Shown here: positions 7,867-18,032 of the stretch, piece by piece
Numbering within the stretch: position 1 is the stretch's first letter
Layout of the letters: each line of letters begins with the position of its first letter
Assembly: GCA_016840405.1 (NCBI GenBank)
Contig: JAEOSK010000017.1
Location: forward strand, 1-58,400
Direction: 5' to 3'
DNA from: Candidatus Hermodarchaeum yapensis
GTDB taxonomy: Archaea; Asgardarchaeota; Hermodarchaeia; Hermodarchaeales; Hermodarchaeaceae
DNA: 58,400 bases
Position numbers and translations under genes: made by a program
Notes under the pieces: model-generated
Told to the model about the DNA's origin: nothing
Seen by the model: only the letters and a program-made list of their open reading frames with translations
Databases searched by the model: none

Positions 7867-9609
7867 TTAGAGGAATGGGAATGTTGCAGCTAGACTCCAG
7901 GCGAGAATCAGGGCACAGATAAGGGCACCGATGTAGATGCGGTTACTGATGCGGTAGGACCAAGCGAGGATGGTGGGAGTGAGGAGGAAGAGGGGAATGA
8001 ACCCTATCATGAAGAGGAGCATAAAGCCGATGAATCCTGGGAAGAGTAAAGCACCGAAGACATAAGCGATGAAGAATTGGAGTCCAACTAGTGTAATATA
8101 GGGGATGGTTTTGATGAAAGTAGCATGAACTGTCCATGTGGTTTGGGTTTTGATCCATGTGAATTTAGTGGCGACGCGAAGGAACCCGATGAGCCATACG
8201 CCTTCGATTAGAAAAAAGGGGATTGCGAATAGTAGATAGACTGGTACAAAGAGTGTACGAAGGGGGGTAAGGGGCTTGAAGATAGGGAAGAGAATTTGAA
8301 AGTTGATGTGGAACAAGATATTGAATGGCAGAGCCCACAGATATATCCACAGAATCACTAAGAATGCCGTGATTCCGCTTAATGCAAGTAAATGAAAGAA
8401 CTCCTTACGCGGTTCAGCAAATCCACCCAAATCATTCCATGTTGGAGTAGTCTCTTTAGTGCGTCGAAGGATGTAACGAAGAAATATCATCGAAACTCCA
8501 GCACTACCCAGGAGCCAAACACCAATTGCTGGTGCAAAGACCTGTGGAAACAGAAATACAAATTGAAGAATAACACCAACCAGCAGAAAAGGCAGAAACA
8601 ATCCTAATCCGATGGCTCCATAGAGCGTGCCAAATTTCCAATAGCGACTTTTTTTTACTGCGTAGGATGAGTTTGGTGGTTCACTCAGGGAGATTAGCGG
8701 TTGTAATTTTAAGAGCAGTAATAGAAGCGGAAACACCGTTAAGAGGAGGCCTATGGTGGCAAGGACTTCGCCCACGAAATAAAGCGGATAAATTTGGAAT
8801 CCAGGAAGAATCAGAGGAGGAGTCTCATTGTTAAGGCAAGTGGTTAACCATTGAACGCTTTCAGCCACAATAATCGGATCCATCATTTCAAACAAATGAT
8901 TCGTAGGAGGTAAAATTAGTCGACGTCCGCTGCCCTCAGTGATGTTACCATAGGTGTGTCCAACAATGACGGGGGGTATAACCCCGAAACTTTGGGCTAG
9001 GATTGTGGGTATATCTGTTCCGTAGAAGATTTCATCAAATCGTCCAATTGCTATCAAGAGATTCTGTGGGTAGGTGCTGTTCGCTCCAAGAATACCATAT
9101 GGGGCGTCAACACCACCTCCTACCAGGACGGTTGCTTGTACAGGTATAGTCGTCGAATTAAGAACGTCGACTGCCATCCACGCTCCCATACTATGTCCTA
9201 TGATACCAAGGGAATCTACATAGGGCAGACTGAAGAGGTATTCTAGACCTGCCTGAGCCCCCCGGTCTGCTGAAATGTCAATTCCTGGGTCGGAATATCC
9301 ATGACCTTCGACATCAATTGCTAAGACAACAAATCCATGTCGGGCTAATTCAACGTTAAACGCCATCATCCCTTCTTTTGAAGAGGAAAAGCCATGAATA
9401 ATCAGAACTCCTGGTATGGGATCACCGGGTGAAGCCATAGCAGGAACATATAGTCGCCCAACAATTCGAACGCCTTCGGCTGTTGAAAATTGCACGTTAG
9501 CAATCTGGGTAGTGCCCATGTTGGTGTTTATTTCCCATGTTAGCAGGGTTCCTGAGAAAAGGAGAGCAAAACCTAAAAGTAAAACAAAATAACGACGCTG
9601 AATCTGCAT
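7867..9609 (-). CDS. Membrane-integrated alpha/beta hydrolase
   Basis: N-terminal TM segment, HGF oxyanion motif, GHSMG nucleophile elbow, multi-pass TM C-terminal half. Confidence 0.85.
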   Translation of the reverse strand: MQIQRRYFVLLLGFALLFSGTLLTWEINTNMGTTQIANVQFSTAEGVRIVGRLYVPAMASPGDPIPGVLIIHGFSSSKEGMMAFNVELARHGFVVLAIDVEGHGYSDPGIDISADRGAQAGLEYLFSLPYVDSLGIIGHSMGAWMAVDVLNSTTIPVQATVLVGGGVDAPYGILGANSTYPQNLLIAIGRFDEIFYGTDIPTILAQSFGVIPPVIVGHTYGNITEGSGRRLILPPTNHLFEMMDPIIVAESVQWLTTCLNNETPPLILPGFQIYPLYFVGEVLATIGLLLTVFPLLLLLLKLQPLISLSEPPNSSYAVKKSRYWKFGTLYGAIGLGLFLPFLLVGVILQFVFLFPQVFAPAIGVWLLGSAGVSMIFLRYILRRTKETTPTWNDLGGFAEPRKEFFHLLALSGITAFLVILWIYLWALPFNILFHINFQILFPIFKPLTPLRTLFVPVYLLFAIPFFLIEGVWLIGFLRVATKFTWIKTQTTWTVHATFIKTIPYITLVGLQFFIAYVFGALLFPGFIGFMLLFMIGFIPLFLLTPTILAWSYRISNRIYIGALICALILAWSLAATFPFL

Positions 9610-9879
9610 GGGTTTCCATCTATCCTGTTTTGAAATTCCCTTAGGTACTTAGGGACTTATTCGATTTGCTGTTTTCTTAGAAAGATTAGTAATTTTCACT
9701 GGAACGGATGAAATGTTCTTTAATTGAGGTGGACTTATTGACGTCGTGTTATCTTGGTTATTACAGGACCAGGCATTGACAAAAGGTGGTTATCTGAAAG
9801 GGGATTTGAGCAACGGGTGAATAGTTTTCGATTCTCTTGTCGATTTCAAATGAAAAATTCAGAGGAGATGATACCTGTG

Positions 9880-10413
9880 TTAACTAATAAAATGGACAAC
9901 CTGGTCCAATGATTTACGTCCGCGAACATTTCGAGGGTTTGCCGGTTTGCCAATAGGAATAATGGCAACTGGGATTACACTAGCAGGTGTATTGATTGCC
10001 GTGGCGATCTCCTCTTCCTTGAAGGCCCCTACCCAACATCCTCCTAAACCAATAGCATGCGCCGCGAGAAGTAGATTCTGCGTCATGGCTGCAGTATCTT
10101 GTATAGAGTAGAGATTGCGACCACGACTGCCATACCGCTGACCAGATTCATCCGGTACCCGGCATACTACAAACACGACTGGTGCCTCGGCAACAAATTC
10201 TTGGTCTCCTGCCCCTCTGGCTAGTTGCCGTTTTATGTCAAGGTTCCGAACGACAAAGATACGCCAGGGTTGCTTGTTACCGCCACTAGGTGCGGCAATC
10301 ATGGCTTTCAAAAGTGTATCGACTAAATCATCCGTGACAGGGTCGTCTGTAAATGCACGGACTGATGTGCGTGTCAAGATGGCTTCAAGAGTATCCACTA
10401 AAGGCTCCTCCAT
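9880..10413 (-). CDS. Nitroreductase family protein
   Basis: RTSVRAF, APSGGNKQPW and QNLLLAAHAIGLGGCWVG motifs. Confidence 0.92.
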   Translation of the reverse strand: MEEPLVDTLEAILTRTSVRAFTDDPVTDDLVDTLLKAMIAAPSGGNKQPWRIFVVRNLDIKRQLARGAGDQEFVAEAPVVFVVCRVPDESGQRYGSRGRNLYSIQDTAAMTQNLLLAAHAIGLGGCWVGAFKEEEIATAINTPASVIPVAIIPIGKPANPRNVRGRKSLDQVVHFIS

Positions 10414-10422
10414 AATTTGATT

Positions 10423-10686
10423 TCATTCAATGCGATAGACCGTGTCTCCAATCCGAACGCGTTCTTCGACCTTTAAGCCAATGGCTTGACCCGCCTTGGC
10501 AGAATCAATGTCTTGGCGGTCAATTTGCATAGATTCCACGGCTTGCGTGAACTCAGTGGTTGCGCCTTCGATGGCGATTTCATCACCTTTCTTCAAAGGG
10601 GCAAATAATTCTACCACAGCCACATTGATTTTTGAGTAGTAATTCGTGACTTTACCAATTGGTGTTTTCGTTGCTTGTCCTGACAT
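10423..10686 (-). CDS. Small beta-barrel protein (U32 peptidase C-terminal / EF-Tu domain 2-like)
   Basis: IGKVTNYYSKINVAVVEL..LKKGDEI..SMQID..AKAGQAIGLKV..RVRIGDTVY. Confidence 0.8.
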   Translation of the reverse strand: MSGQATKTPIGKVTNYYSKINVAVVELFAPLKKGDEIAIEGATTEFTQAVESMQIDRQDIDSAKAGQAIGLKVEERVRIGDTVYRIE

Positions 10687-10792
10687 GCAACATACCTCTA
10701 TCCACATTATTATTTGGTATTTCCTTATGAATCAGACCAGTTTCAAGGAATTAGGCGTCTGGAGAAGACTGTTATTATATTGCACTAAAACT

Positions 10793-12238
10793 TTAAGTTA
10801 CCTTCTTGCTGGATTTCTTCTTGGTTTTTGCCTTTTCTGTGAGTGGTTCAACATGAATGGTAATCTGGGAGATTGTGGGAAGTTCTTCGCGAATATTGTC
10901 TTCAAGAAGCGTTGTAGCTTCATGGGTCTCTTCCACAGAAAGTTCTGAGCTCGCTTCGCAATGGAATGTCAGGGCATAATGGTGTGGTGCAAGGGAATAG
11001 AGTCGGAGCTTGTGACAATTGTGTAACGAAGGGCTTTGTTGGACTAGTCGATGAATCCGTCTTTTAATTTTCGTTGGGCCCACTGCAGTTGCTATTATTT
11101 CTCGACTGGGTTCGATGTGTGTTATGATTTCATTTATTGTGGGGTACTGTGATTGAATGTGCTTCTTAAATTCTGAAACAAGTTGATGGGTTTCTGCTAG
11201 CGACTTCTCTGGGTTGGTATGGATGTCAAGGGTAAGGACAACATAGTCCTCTGTTTCTATCACATCGATACTATCCACATCTGTAATCCAATCAAATTTG
11301 CCAGCTTCTTTGCGAACTTTAGTAGCAATGCTTGGATACCGTTTGGATACCAAACCCATATGGACGACGACATCCGCACGTTCAACGACTTGTTCAACGG
11401 CTCTACGGGCTTTTACACTAATTTCATGAGCTGACGCTAAAGGAATCGAATGCTCAGCATAACAAACAACATCCACAAATGTTACTGGTCCCGCTTTCCG
11501 CAAACGAATCCGACCACACTCTCGAATGCCGTTAATATCTTCGATGACTCGACGAATGGGTGTTTCCAATCCTGAAGGGGCACGATCTAAGAGAATATCA
11601 ATGGTTTCTCGTCCAAGTCTAAAGGTTAGATAGAGGACAATAATCGCAACACCGATTGCCCCTATGGGGTCACCAAGTGGGAATCCAAAGAAAGTAAAAA
11701 GCAACCCTATGAAAACAACACTGGAACTGAGGATGTCCGTGCTAAAATGCAACGCATCCGCTTCCAAGGCTTGACTGTCATATTTCTTACCAACCCGCTT
11801 CAGGGCACGAGACCGAGAGAAGTCAATGATAATGGCGAAAATGATAACTCCAAAGGCCAGTAGATTGACTTCCACAACCAAATCTTGGAAGATAATGCGG
11901 CGGAGGGCCTCGTAAATAATCCAAATAACGGTAAAGAGCAAGAGGATGGTTTCAACAAGGGCTGACAAATTCTCCACACGCCAGTGTCCATAATGGTGAT
12001 CTGGGTCGGGAGGTTTAGCGGCTTTACTTACCGCAAAGAATGTAATTCCTGCAGCAAAAAGATCGAGCGCTGAATGAAGTGCTTCGGAAAGAATTCCTAA
12101 GCTATTGGTCCAAAGTCCTACTGCGAGTTTTGTGATGGTTAATACAATCGCAGCAATCACGGAAGTCAATGCCACCCACTGCTTCTCATCCATCCCAAAG
12201 CGATAATGTTTCTCTGAAGACGGAATCAATTCAGTCAT
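10793..12238 (-). CDS. Cation diffusion facilitator (CDF) transporter with three tandem C-terminal domains
   Basis: SEALHSALD, PPDPDHHYGH and ADALHFSTD motifs. Three CTDs ending VVHMG, THIEP and IHVEP. Confidence 0.9.
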   Translation of the reverse strand: MTELIPSSEKHYRFGMDEKQWVALTSVIAAIVLTITKLAVGLWTNSLGILSEALHSALDLFAAGITFFAVSKAAKPPDPDHHYGHWRVENLSALVETILLLFTVIWIIYEALRRIIFQDLVVEVNLLAFGVIIFAIIIDFSRSRALKRVGKKYDSQALEADALHFSTDILSSSVVFIGLLFTFFGFPLGDPIGAIGVAIIVLYLTFRLGRETIDILLDRAPSGLETPIRRVIEDINGIRECGRIRLRKAGPVTFVDVVCYAEHSIPLASAHEISVKARRAVEQVVERADVVVHMGLVSKRYPSIATKVRKEAGKFDWITDVDSIDVIETEDYVVLTLDIHTNPEKSLAETHQLVSEFKKHIQSQYPTINEIITHIEPSREIIATAVGPTKIKRRIHRLVQQSPSLHNCHKLRLYSLAPHHYALTFHCEASSELSVEETHEATTLLEDNIREELPTISQITIHVEPLTEKAKTKKKSSKKVT

Positions 12239-12506
12239 AGAACTACCCTTACACTATCAATGACATCTAGCTGAGGTATGGCAAAATCTCTGCTCATTAA
12301 AATTCTTCTGATGAGATAAAATCTGAATAAAAAGACCCCTGATATACTTCAACATTTTTGGAAAAGTTTGAACTCCTGAGTTTATCGTAATTTGAGCTGT
12401 TTTCAACGATTTCGACCTTCAGCAGTACCACTCGGTCATTTACCTATCCTCATCAAATGAAGCTCAACCAAGAAAGAAGTTTCTTAGTTTGGAGGGAACA
12501 AATGAC

Positions 12507-12575
12507 ATGAGATTGAAATCTACAAAACTCTTGAGCCTAGCGATTGGACTCTGCCTTGTCCTAGCGATGAGCTAG
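12507..12575 (+). pseudogene. Signal-peptide-only remnant (MRLKSTKLLSLAIGLCLVLAMS*)
   Basis: GGAGGG SD upstream. Basic n-region plus hydrophobic h-region, then an immediate TAG. Lies in a long intergenic gap. Confidence 0.45.
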
Positions 12576-12669
12576 CTCGGGGCAAACCAGAGGAACATCA
12601 GAATCATTGAATGAACTGCATGATTTATTCCAGCTAGTTATTAACACGGTTGGGGTGTTTTGTTACACT

Positions 12670-13446
12670 ATGGAGAATCTGCCAAGTTTGGAAGCCTCGG
12701 GAGCGAGAGAAATTGCATCTAGGCTGAAATCAATTTCTGGGGGTAAGGTGTTAGATATATGCACAGGGAAGGGCGACTTTATCTCGACTCTTATGCAGAC
12801 ACTGAATGGGTATGAACGCTTCATTGGTATTGACATGTCTCGCAAAGATCTGGAGGTGGCTCGCAAAACGTTTGAGGGGCAACCAGTGCAATTTATGGAA
12901 ATGGATGCAGGAAATTTAGCCTTCGATGATAACACCTTTGATACGGTATGCATTGCTAATTCGCTCCATCATCTCAGTGACCCAGGTGCAGTCTTAAACG
13001 AAATGAAACGGGTATTGAAACATGGAGGCCATTTCATTGTCCAAGAAATGTACCAAGATGGCGATCAAAGTAAGGCACAGATTACTGATACGTTAGAACA
13101 TCATTGGGGAGCAAAAATTGATCGCCAACTTGGTGAAATCCATTATGAGACACTCACGAAGAAGGAAATCAAAACGCTTCTTGAAACCCTTGAATTTCAG
13201 GAATTGCTTGTCCTAGAGGCTTCTCGTTATGTGAAGTGCCTGGTTTGTCCACAGCGATTTGCTTGTGAAAACCCCCTTAATGAAAAGCTCATTGACGATT
13301 TTATCTCGGGGATTGAGAAGGAGCTTAAACGTTTACCAGCTCATAAAGTGACTGAAGAATTAAAGGCGGAGGGTGAACAACTCAAGGAGCGTGCTAAAAT
13401 TACTGGGGTGGCTGATGCTTCCTTTCTTTTTTTCATTGGGAGGTAG
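12670..13446 (+). CDS. Class I SAM-dependent methyltransferase
   Basis: VLDICTGKG, IGIDMS, FDTVC, HHL and RVLKHGG motifs. ORF extends to 12607; ATG at 12670 preferred. Confidence 0.9.
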   Translation: MENLPSLEASGAREIASRLKSISGGKVLDICTGKGDFISTLMQTLNGYERFIGIDMSRKDLEVARKTFEGQPVQFMEMDAGNLAFDDNTFDTVCIANSLHHLSDPGAVLNEMKRVLKHGGHFIVQEMYQDGDQSKAQITDTLEHHWGAKIDRQLGEIHYETLTKKEIKTLLETLEFQELLVLEASRYVKCLVCPQRFACENPLNEKLIDDFISGIEKELKRLPAHKVTEELKAEGEQLKERAKITGVADASFLFFIGR

Positions 13447-13537
13447 GATATTTAAGGGGCTTTGTGAATTGCTCTGGTGGTCTGTCATTAGAAGTTTCTG
13501 GGCTCTTGGCTACTAACTTGGTTGAGCTGGTTGGTCC

Positions 13538-14065
13538 GTGGGTCACGGGCGCTTTTTTGATGTTAGATTAGTAAAACAACCAAAGGTCATTGCTGTGTCA
13601 GCGAATCGTTCATTGAAACTTTCCAATCTTCAACCCTATCAAAAGGGAATTACCATTGATTTTAAAATTGTGAAAACCCAGGCGGTGCGTAAGGTTCAAA
13701 GCCGTCATGATGGATCCAACCACCAGGTAGCCGACGTTTTGATCGGTGACGAAACCGGAATCATGCTCCTCACTCTGTGGGATGATGATATCGCGGTAGT
13801 CGAAAACGGGAAGATTTTCCGAATTGTAGGGGGACAAACCGGGTTCTTTCAGGGGAGACTTCAGTTGAGCCTTGGACGTGGAGGAAAACTAGAACTCTCT
13901 ACAACTGCGATTCCTGAAGTGAATACCGAACGCAACCATTCCGCTAAAACTCAATCTTCGCCCAAAGATAAACAGGGGCGGGATAAATCGACGGATCGGC
14001 GATACCCACCCATTAGGCGAACTCGTGGGTTCAAATGGTCGCGAATCGAACGCAAATCCGATTAG
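13538..14065 (+). CDS. ssb: Single OB-fold ssDNA-binding protein paralog 1 (divergent, basic tail)
   Basis: VADVLIGDETG..LTLWDD..FQGRLQLSLGRGGKL. Probable start is GTG at 13595. Confidence 0.8.
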   Translation: MGHGRFFDVRLVKQPKVIAVSANRSLKLSNLQPYQKGITIDFKIVKTQAVRKVQSRHDGSNHQVADVLIGDETGIMLLTLWDDDIAVVENGKIFRIVGGQTGFFQGRLQLSLGRGGKLELSTTAIPEVNTERNHSAKTQSSPKDKQGRDKSTDRRYPPIRRTRGFKWSRIERKSD

Positions 14066-14110
14066 ACAAATTATTAGAACGGGATGCTTTCTTACCACAT
14101 TTCCGTTTTG

Positions 14111-15232
14111 TTATAATTCTTCTAATACCCGTTTCAATGCCGCAAGTGTGGTAATGGCATCCGTAAGGGTGGTAATGCCCATATGCCCAATGCGAAGGAG
14201 TTCTTCACGGCGTGGCCCTAATCCCGTGGCAATTCGTACGCCATTCTGAAGCATCTGCTCAACGACCGAAGACGCGTGTATCTTGTCTGGAGAATACATT
14301 GTGGTGACGGTGTTTGCATAGTATGCAGAATGCTTTGGAACAAGCTCTAATCCCAATGCAATGACTCCTTCTCGAATGTGTGAGGCGATTTGCTCATGTC
14401 GTTGGATTCGTAGTTCAAGTCCCTCTTGTCTGATGAGTTCCAGAGCCACATCTAAGGCCGCAATCAGATTCGTCGCCTGAGTAGACACGAGCCGTGGAGT
14501 CTCCTCCTTTTCATAGGATTGCATTGAATCAATCCAAAGCTGAAGATTCTGATAAACCATCGCTGGAGGAGTCGTGCGACTGTTAAGGCGTTGAAGGGCT
14601 CGTGGCCCTAGCATCAGGAGGGCTAGCCCCGGTGGGCAGGCCAAGGCTTTCTGCGTACTGGCAAAACACACATCAACGCCCCACTCTGTTTGTTCAATGT
14701 GTTCTCCACCCACCGAAGCAACAGCATCTACAATGGTCAGCGCACCCTTTTTCTGTGCAATTTCGGCTAAGTCTTTGAGGTCAGCCTTGACGCCGCTTTC
14801 CGTATCAACATGGCTCACAGCAAGGACGTGACACTCTGATGAATCGAGATGTTTTCGAACCTTGTCAAGCGCTACGCGTTCTCCTAATTGGGCTTCTAGC
14901 ATGGTAACATTCTGCGAATAACATTTGGCTACGCGAAGAAGCTGATCGCCAAAAAATCCACTGTTCAATATCACTACATGAGTATCTGGTTCCATAAAAT
15001 TCGCGCAAGCCACCTCCATGGCTAGGAGACCACCACCATTCATGAGAACAGGTTGCCCATCTGACGCACCAAACACCTCACGTAATCCTTGAAGTACTCG
15101 CCGAAAGCTCGCGATAAACTGCGGATTGCGTGGGTATAATGGCTGCTCGCCAAGAGCTTTCAAGACCTCTGGTGGGCAATCCACCGGACCTGGCACCATC
15201 ATCAACGGTCGTTTTCCCACGATAACCACCAA
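14111..15232 (-). CDS. Class V PLP aminotransferase (alanine-glyoxylate/serine-pyruvate type)
   Basis: MVPGPV, HVDTESG, VDAVASVGG, STQKALACPPG and LRIGHMG motifs. Confidence 0.9.
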   Translation of the reverse strand: MVVIVGKRPLMMVPGPVDCPPEVLKALGEQPLYPRNPQFIASFRRVLQGLREVFGASDGQPVLMNGGGLLAMEVACANFMEPDTHVVILNSGFFGDQLLRVAKCYSQNVTMLEAQLGERVALDKVRKHLDSSECHVLAVSHVDTESGVKADLKDLAEIAQKKGALTIVDAVASVGGEHIEQTEWGVDVCFASTQKALACPPGLALLMLGPRALQRLNSRTTPPAMVYQNLQLWIDSMQSYEKEETPRLVSTQATNLIAALDVALELIRQEGLELRIQRHEQIASHIREGVIALGLELVPKHSAYYANTVTTMYSPDKIHASSVVEQMLQNGVRIATGLGPRREELLRIGHMGITTLTDAITTLAALKRVLEEL

Positions 15233-15297
15233 ACGAGTTGGTGTGCAAATATGGTTAGAGCTGCTTTTATCTCTTGGTGCTAGGTTTCAGCTTCGAA

Positions 15298-16077
15298 TCA
15301 AAAAAGAAGTGACAGACAGGTTAAGGCGCCTTCACATTTGGCGAATTCGCTCATATCAAGCGTGACTACGGTGAAACCTGCTTTGTCAATGAGGGACTTT
15401 GTTTGAGGGTATCCCTTTGGTATGAGCACGGTATCACCGATGGTAAGGGTGTTTGCTGCATATCTTTCTTCATCAGGGACGATGAGCGCTTTGAATCCTT
15501 TCAAGACTGGATGTTGAGCCATAGATTTGGTTGCAACGAATGTATTTCGTGAAAGATAGGTCACGTGGCTTTTCAGGTGAATAATCTGGGAGTTTTCGAT
15601 TGTTTCAACTGGAACCTCAAGGTACTTTTCCATTTGCTGGGCGCCTGATCTGTTCGTTCGCTGGGTAATTCCACAAATCAGAGTTTTTTGGTGATGAATG
15701 ACATCTCCGCCTTCAACAGTGCCAGGTGCTATTACTCGTGAAGTAGAGAGGTATTGTTGTAACATTGCTTCGATTGCCTCTTCTTCTCCTTGGCGGCTCG
15801 TTTTTGCTAGTCGACAAATGAGGGCCTTCTGACCAACAATGACTGCGGTATCTTCAGCAAAACATGAATCAGCAAACCTGTCATCTCTGGGAAGATGAAT
15901 CACTTCAAGACCTAACTCCGACAACATATCACAATAGGCTCTATGTTGTGCACGTGCTTTTTTAACGTCAATCGTCTGTCGCATTGGATGCGAACTAATA
16001 CACTTGGGGAACAGCTTGCCCGGTTCTCGTACTAATGCACGTGTTCGACTCACCACTAAAACTTCCTGAATCACCAT
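15298..16077 (-). CDS. ddaH: Dimethylarginine dimethylaminohydrolase (amidinotransferase/pentein family)
   Basis: DSCFAEDTA, EGGD, RTN, HLKS and GALTCLS motifs, with the catalytic Cys and His present. Confidence 0.85.
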   Translation of the reverse strand: MVIQEVLVVSRTRALVREPGKLFPKCISSHPMRQTIDVKKARAQHRAYCDMLSELGLEVIHLPRDDRFADSCFAEDTAVIVGQKALICRLAKTSRQGEEEAIEAMLQQYLSTSRVIAPGTVEGGDVIHHQKTLICGITQRTNRSGAQQMEKYLEVPVETIENSQIIHLKSHVTYLSRNTFVATKSMAQHPVLKGFKALIVPDEERYAANTLTIGDTVLIPKGYPQTKSLIDKAGFTVVTLDMSEFAKCEGALTCLSLLF

Positions 16078-16303
16078 CCTGAGATGGAGGATACTTAAGG
16101 TGTTTCTTGTGCTGCTCTCTTTGCTGGAAATCTAATCAGAATGCCTTTCTAGGCGTGATTTACATGGAAAACTTGGTAAAGGCTAGATATCCAACTGCGA
16201 TTTCTGCAGATAAAGCTGGATATTATCCGGGGTCTTTTCGATATCCAATCCGTATACTATATACGAAAGCTTCACAGTTATTTTCACCCATCGGTGGGTT
16301 TCA

Positions 16304-17287
16304 TTGGGACTAGATATGGTTGACAAGCGAATCTGTGTGGAGCTGCTCTACAACAGCCGTCTCCCATATAGAACCTTAGCACAGCATTTTGGGTTAACCA
16401 TCAAAAGCATCCGGAAACGCGTAACCAAACTCGTCGAACAGGGAGTAATAAGAAAATTTTACTTAACCCTGAATCGGACCGCTTGTGGAAGCGACGTTGA
16501 AACTAAATTCATCTTAGGGCAACTCTGGACAGATGGCACTGAACATGATGATGCCCTAATTCAACAGCTTGGTAACAATATTCGAATTTATCGGGCGTTC
16601 AAAACAACACGAAACAGCTTTGGCTTCTATGCAATGGCAATTGGATTTCAAGGGCTCTCTGACTTGACGGAATTTGTCCAAAGAATAGACTGCGTAACGA
16701 AATTGGAAACAGATAGCCTGATTTTCGTATTGAGCCCTGGATTATGGCCCAAGTTAACCAATTGGCATCTTCCCAAGGTACAAAATTTAACAAAGGATCA
16801 ATGGCACGTCGTTCGTTATCTTAAAGATGATCCTCGGATGCCTATTGCTGACTTGGCACGCGCAACAGGGCAACCTGTGAGACGGGTTCGAAAAACAATA
16901 AATCTGCTCATTGAAACACGGTATGTGGTTGCCACAATCAGATGGGCTCCCGCGGCAGCTGGCCATGTTGAAGCCTTTCTACGGACTGACTTGGACCTTA
17001 ATCAGAGTTCCCGAGAAAAATTTGCCAACTGGCTTTATGATAAGTATCCCCTTGCATGTTGGGATGCGCTTTCTGTTGCGGATTCTCCCTCGACGGTCAT
17101 CCAGTACGTTTCTGCTCCAACGATTCATATTCTTGATGAAATAGAAAAAACGGTTAGAGCCGCTCCCTTCACAAAGAATGTTGATCTTTTAGTGACTTAC
17201 CGGCAACATAGATTTGATGGGTTAAGAGAGCATCGTCTGGGTCAATTGTTAAACCACGCAGGGTTGAATGCTCTAAACTCTCAATGA
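16304..17287 (+). CDS. Lrp/AsnC-like transcriptional regulator with two winged-HTH units
   Basis: DKRICVELLYNSRLPYRTLA..RVTKLVEQGVI, and a second unit LKDDPRMPIADLA. Probable start 16316. Confidence 0.85.
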   Translation: MGLDMVDKRICVELLYNSRLPYRTLAQHFGLTIKSIRKRVTKLVEQGVIRKFYLTLNRTACGSDVETKFILGQLWTDGTEHDDALIQQLGNNIRIYRAFKTTRNSFGFYAMAIGFQGLSDLTEFVQRIDCVTKLETDSLIFVLSPGLWPKLTNWHLPKVQNLTKDQWHVVRYLKDDPRMPIADLARATGQPVRRVRKTINLLIETRYVVATIRWAPAAAGHVEAFLRTDLDLNQSSREKFANWLYDKYPLACWDALSVADSPSTVIQYVSAPTIHILDEIEKTVRAAPFTKNVDLLVTYRQHRFDGLREHRLGQLLNHAGLNALNSQ

Positions 17288-17336
17288 GGAAATTCCGTGA
17301 AACAATTGTGAAAGTTGTTTTATCTAAAAAATGAAT

Positions 17337-17387
17337 AAAAAAAGAAAGGCAGGAGGTCACTTCATTTCGTGAAAGGATAGTGCCTCC
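17337..17387 (-). terminator. 3' stem-loop + T-tract after ssb paralog 2
   Basis: On the minus strand: GGAGGCACT...AGTGACCTCC followed by TGCCTTTCTTTTTTT. Confidence 0.6.
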
Positions 17388-17405
17388 ACGTGTCTTGATT
17401 CAATT

Positions 17406-17912
17406 TTAGTAGCGTCGACCGCGATCTCGGCGTGAATCACCGCGATCTCGGCGGTATCCTCCACCGCCGCGACCTCCACCGTAACTTCGACCGCCACCAT
17501 ATCCACCGTAGGACCGGCGGGGTGGGCGTTCATGTTCCATTGCGGAAAGATCGTTGTCCGTGTCGACTTCGTCAATGCTGGCATCAGCTTCTTTGAGTTC
17601 ACCATATCGACCGATGTTTAATCGGAGGTGTCCTTGGTAGAGGCTGGTGTAACCGTTTTCGAGACGGTAGGTTTTGTCCACTTCAACGGTTTCAATCATG
17701 TCGTCCCAGAGGGACATTGTAACTGTACCGGTGGTGTCGCCCGCCACAGCGTCAAGCACTCGGTGGGTTTCGCCATCCCGGCGTGATGTAACTTCGCGTT
17801 CTTCGCCTTTTTCGACGACTTTGAAGGTGATGTTCAAACTTTTCATTCGTGGTCGCAATTCTGCGACGGTTGCTTCAACAGGTTCTCTATCGTAGCTCAT
17901 TTTCGGTACCAC
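17406..17912 (-). CDS. ssb: Single OB-fold ssDNA-binding protein paralog 2 with RGG/YGG tail
   Basis: GDTTG..SLWDD..YQGHLRLNIGRYG. Tail RRSYGGYGGGRSYGGGRGGGGYRRDRG. Start is GTG 17912 or ATG 17900. Confidence 0.92.
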   Translation of the reverse strand: MVPKMSYDREPVEATVAELRPRMKSLNITFKVVEKGEEREVTSRRDGETHRVLDAVAGDTTGTVTMSLWDDMIETVEVDKTYRLENGYTSLYQGHLRLNIGRYGELKEADASIDEVDTDNDLSAMEHERPPRRSYGGYGGGRSYGGGRGGGGYRRDRGDSRRDRGRRY

Positions 17913-18032
17913 ATATGTTTCAAGTCAGACTTCCAAAAAGGGAACGTACCTCGGGAATCAACCAAAGCTGGAAATAATCGCCCAAATACATTTCTCTCAT
18001 CGGCGCTGATGCACTTGCAGAATTCACACCAC

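Noticed and set aside
6435-7922. Long + strand ORFs 6435..7175 and 7422..7922
   Set aside because: Antisense to the clear Na/Pi cotransporter gene, with no motifs of their own.
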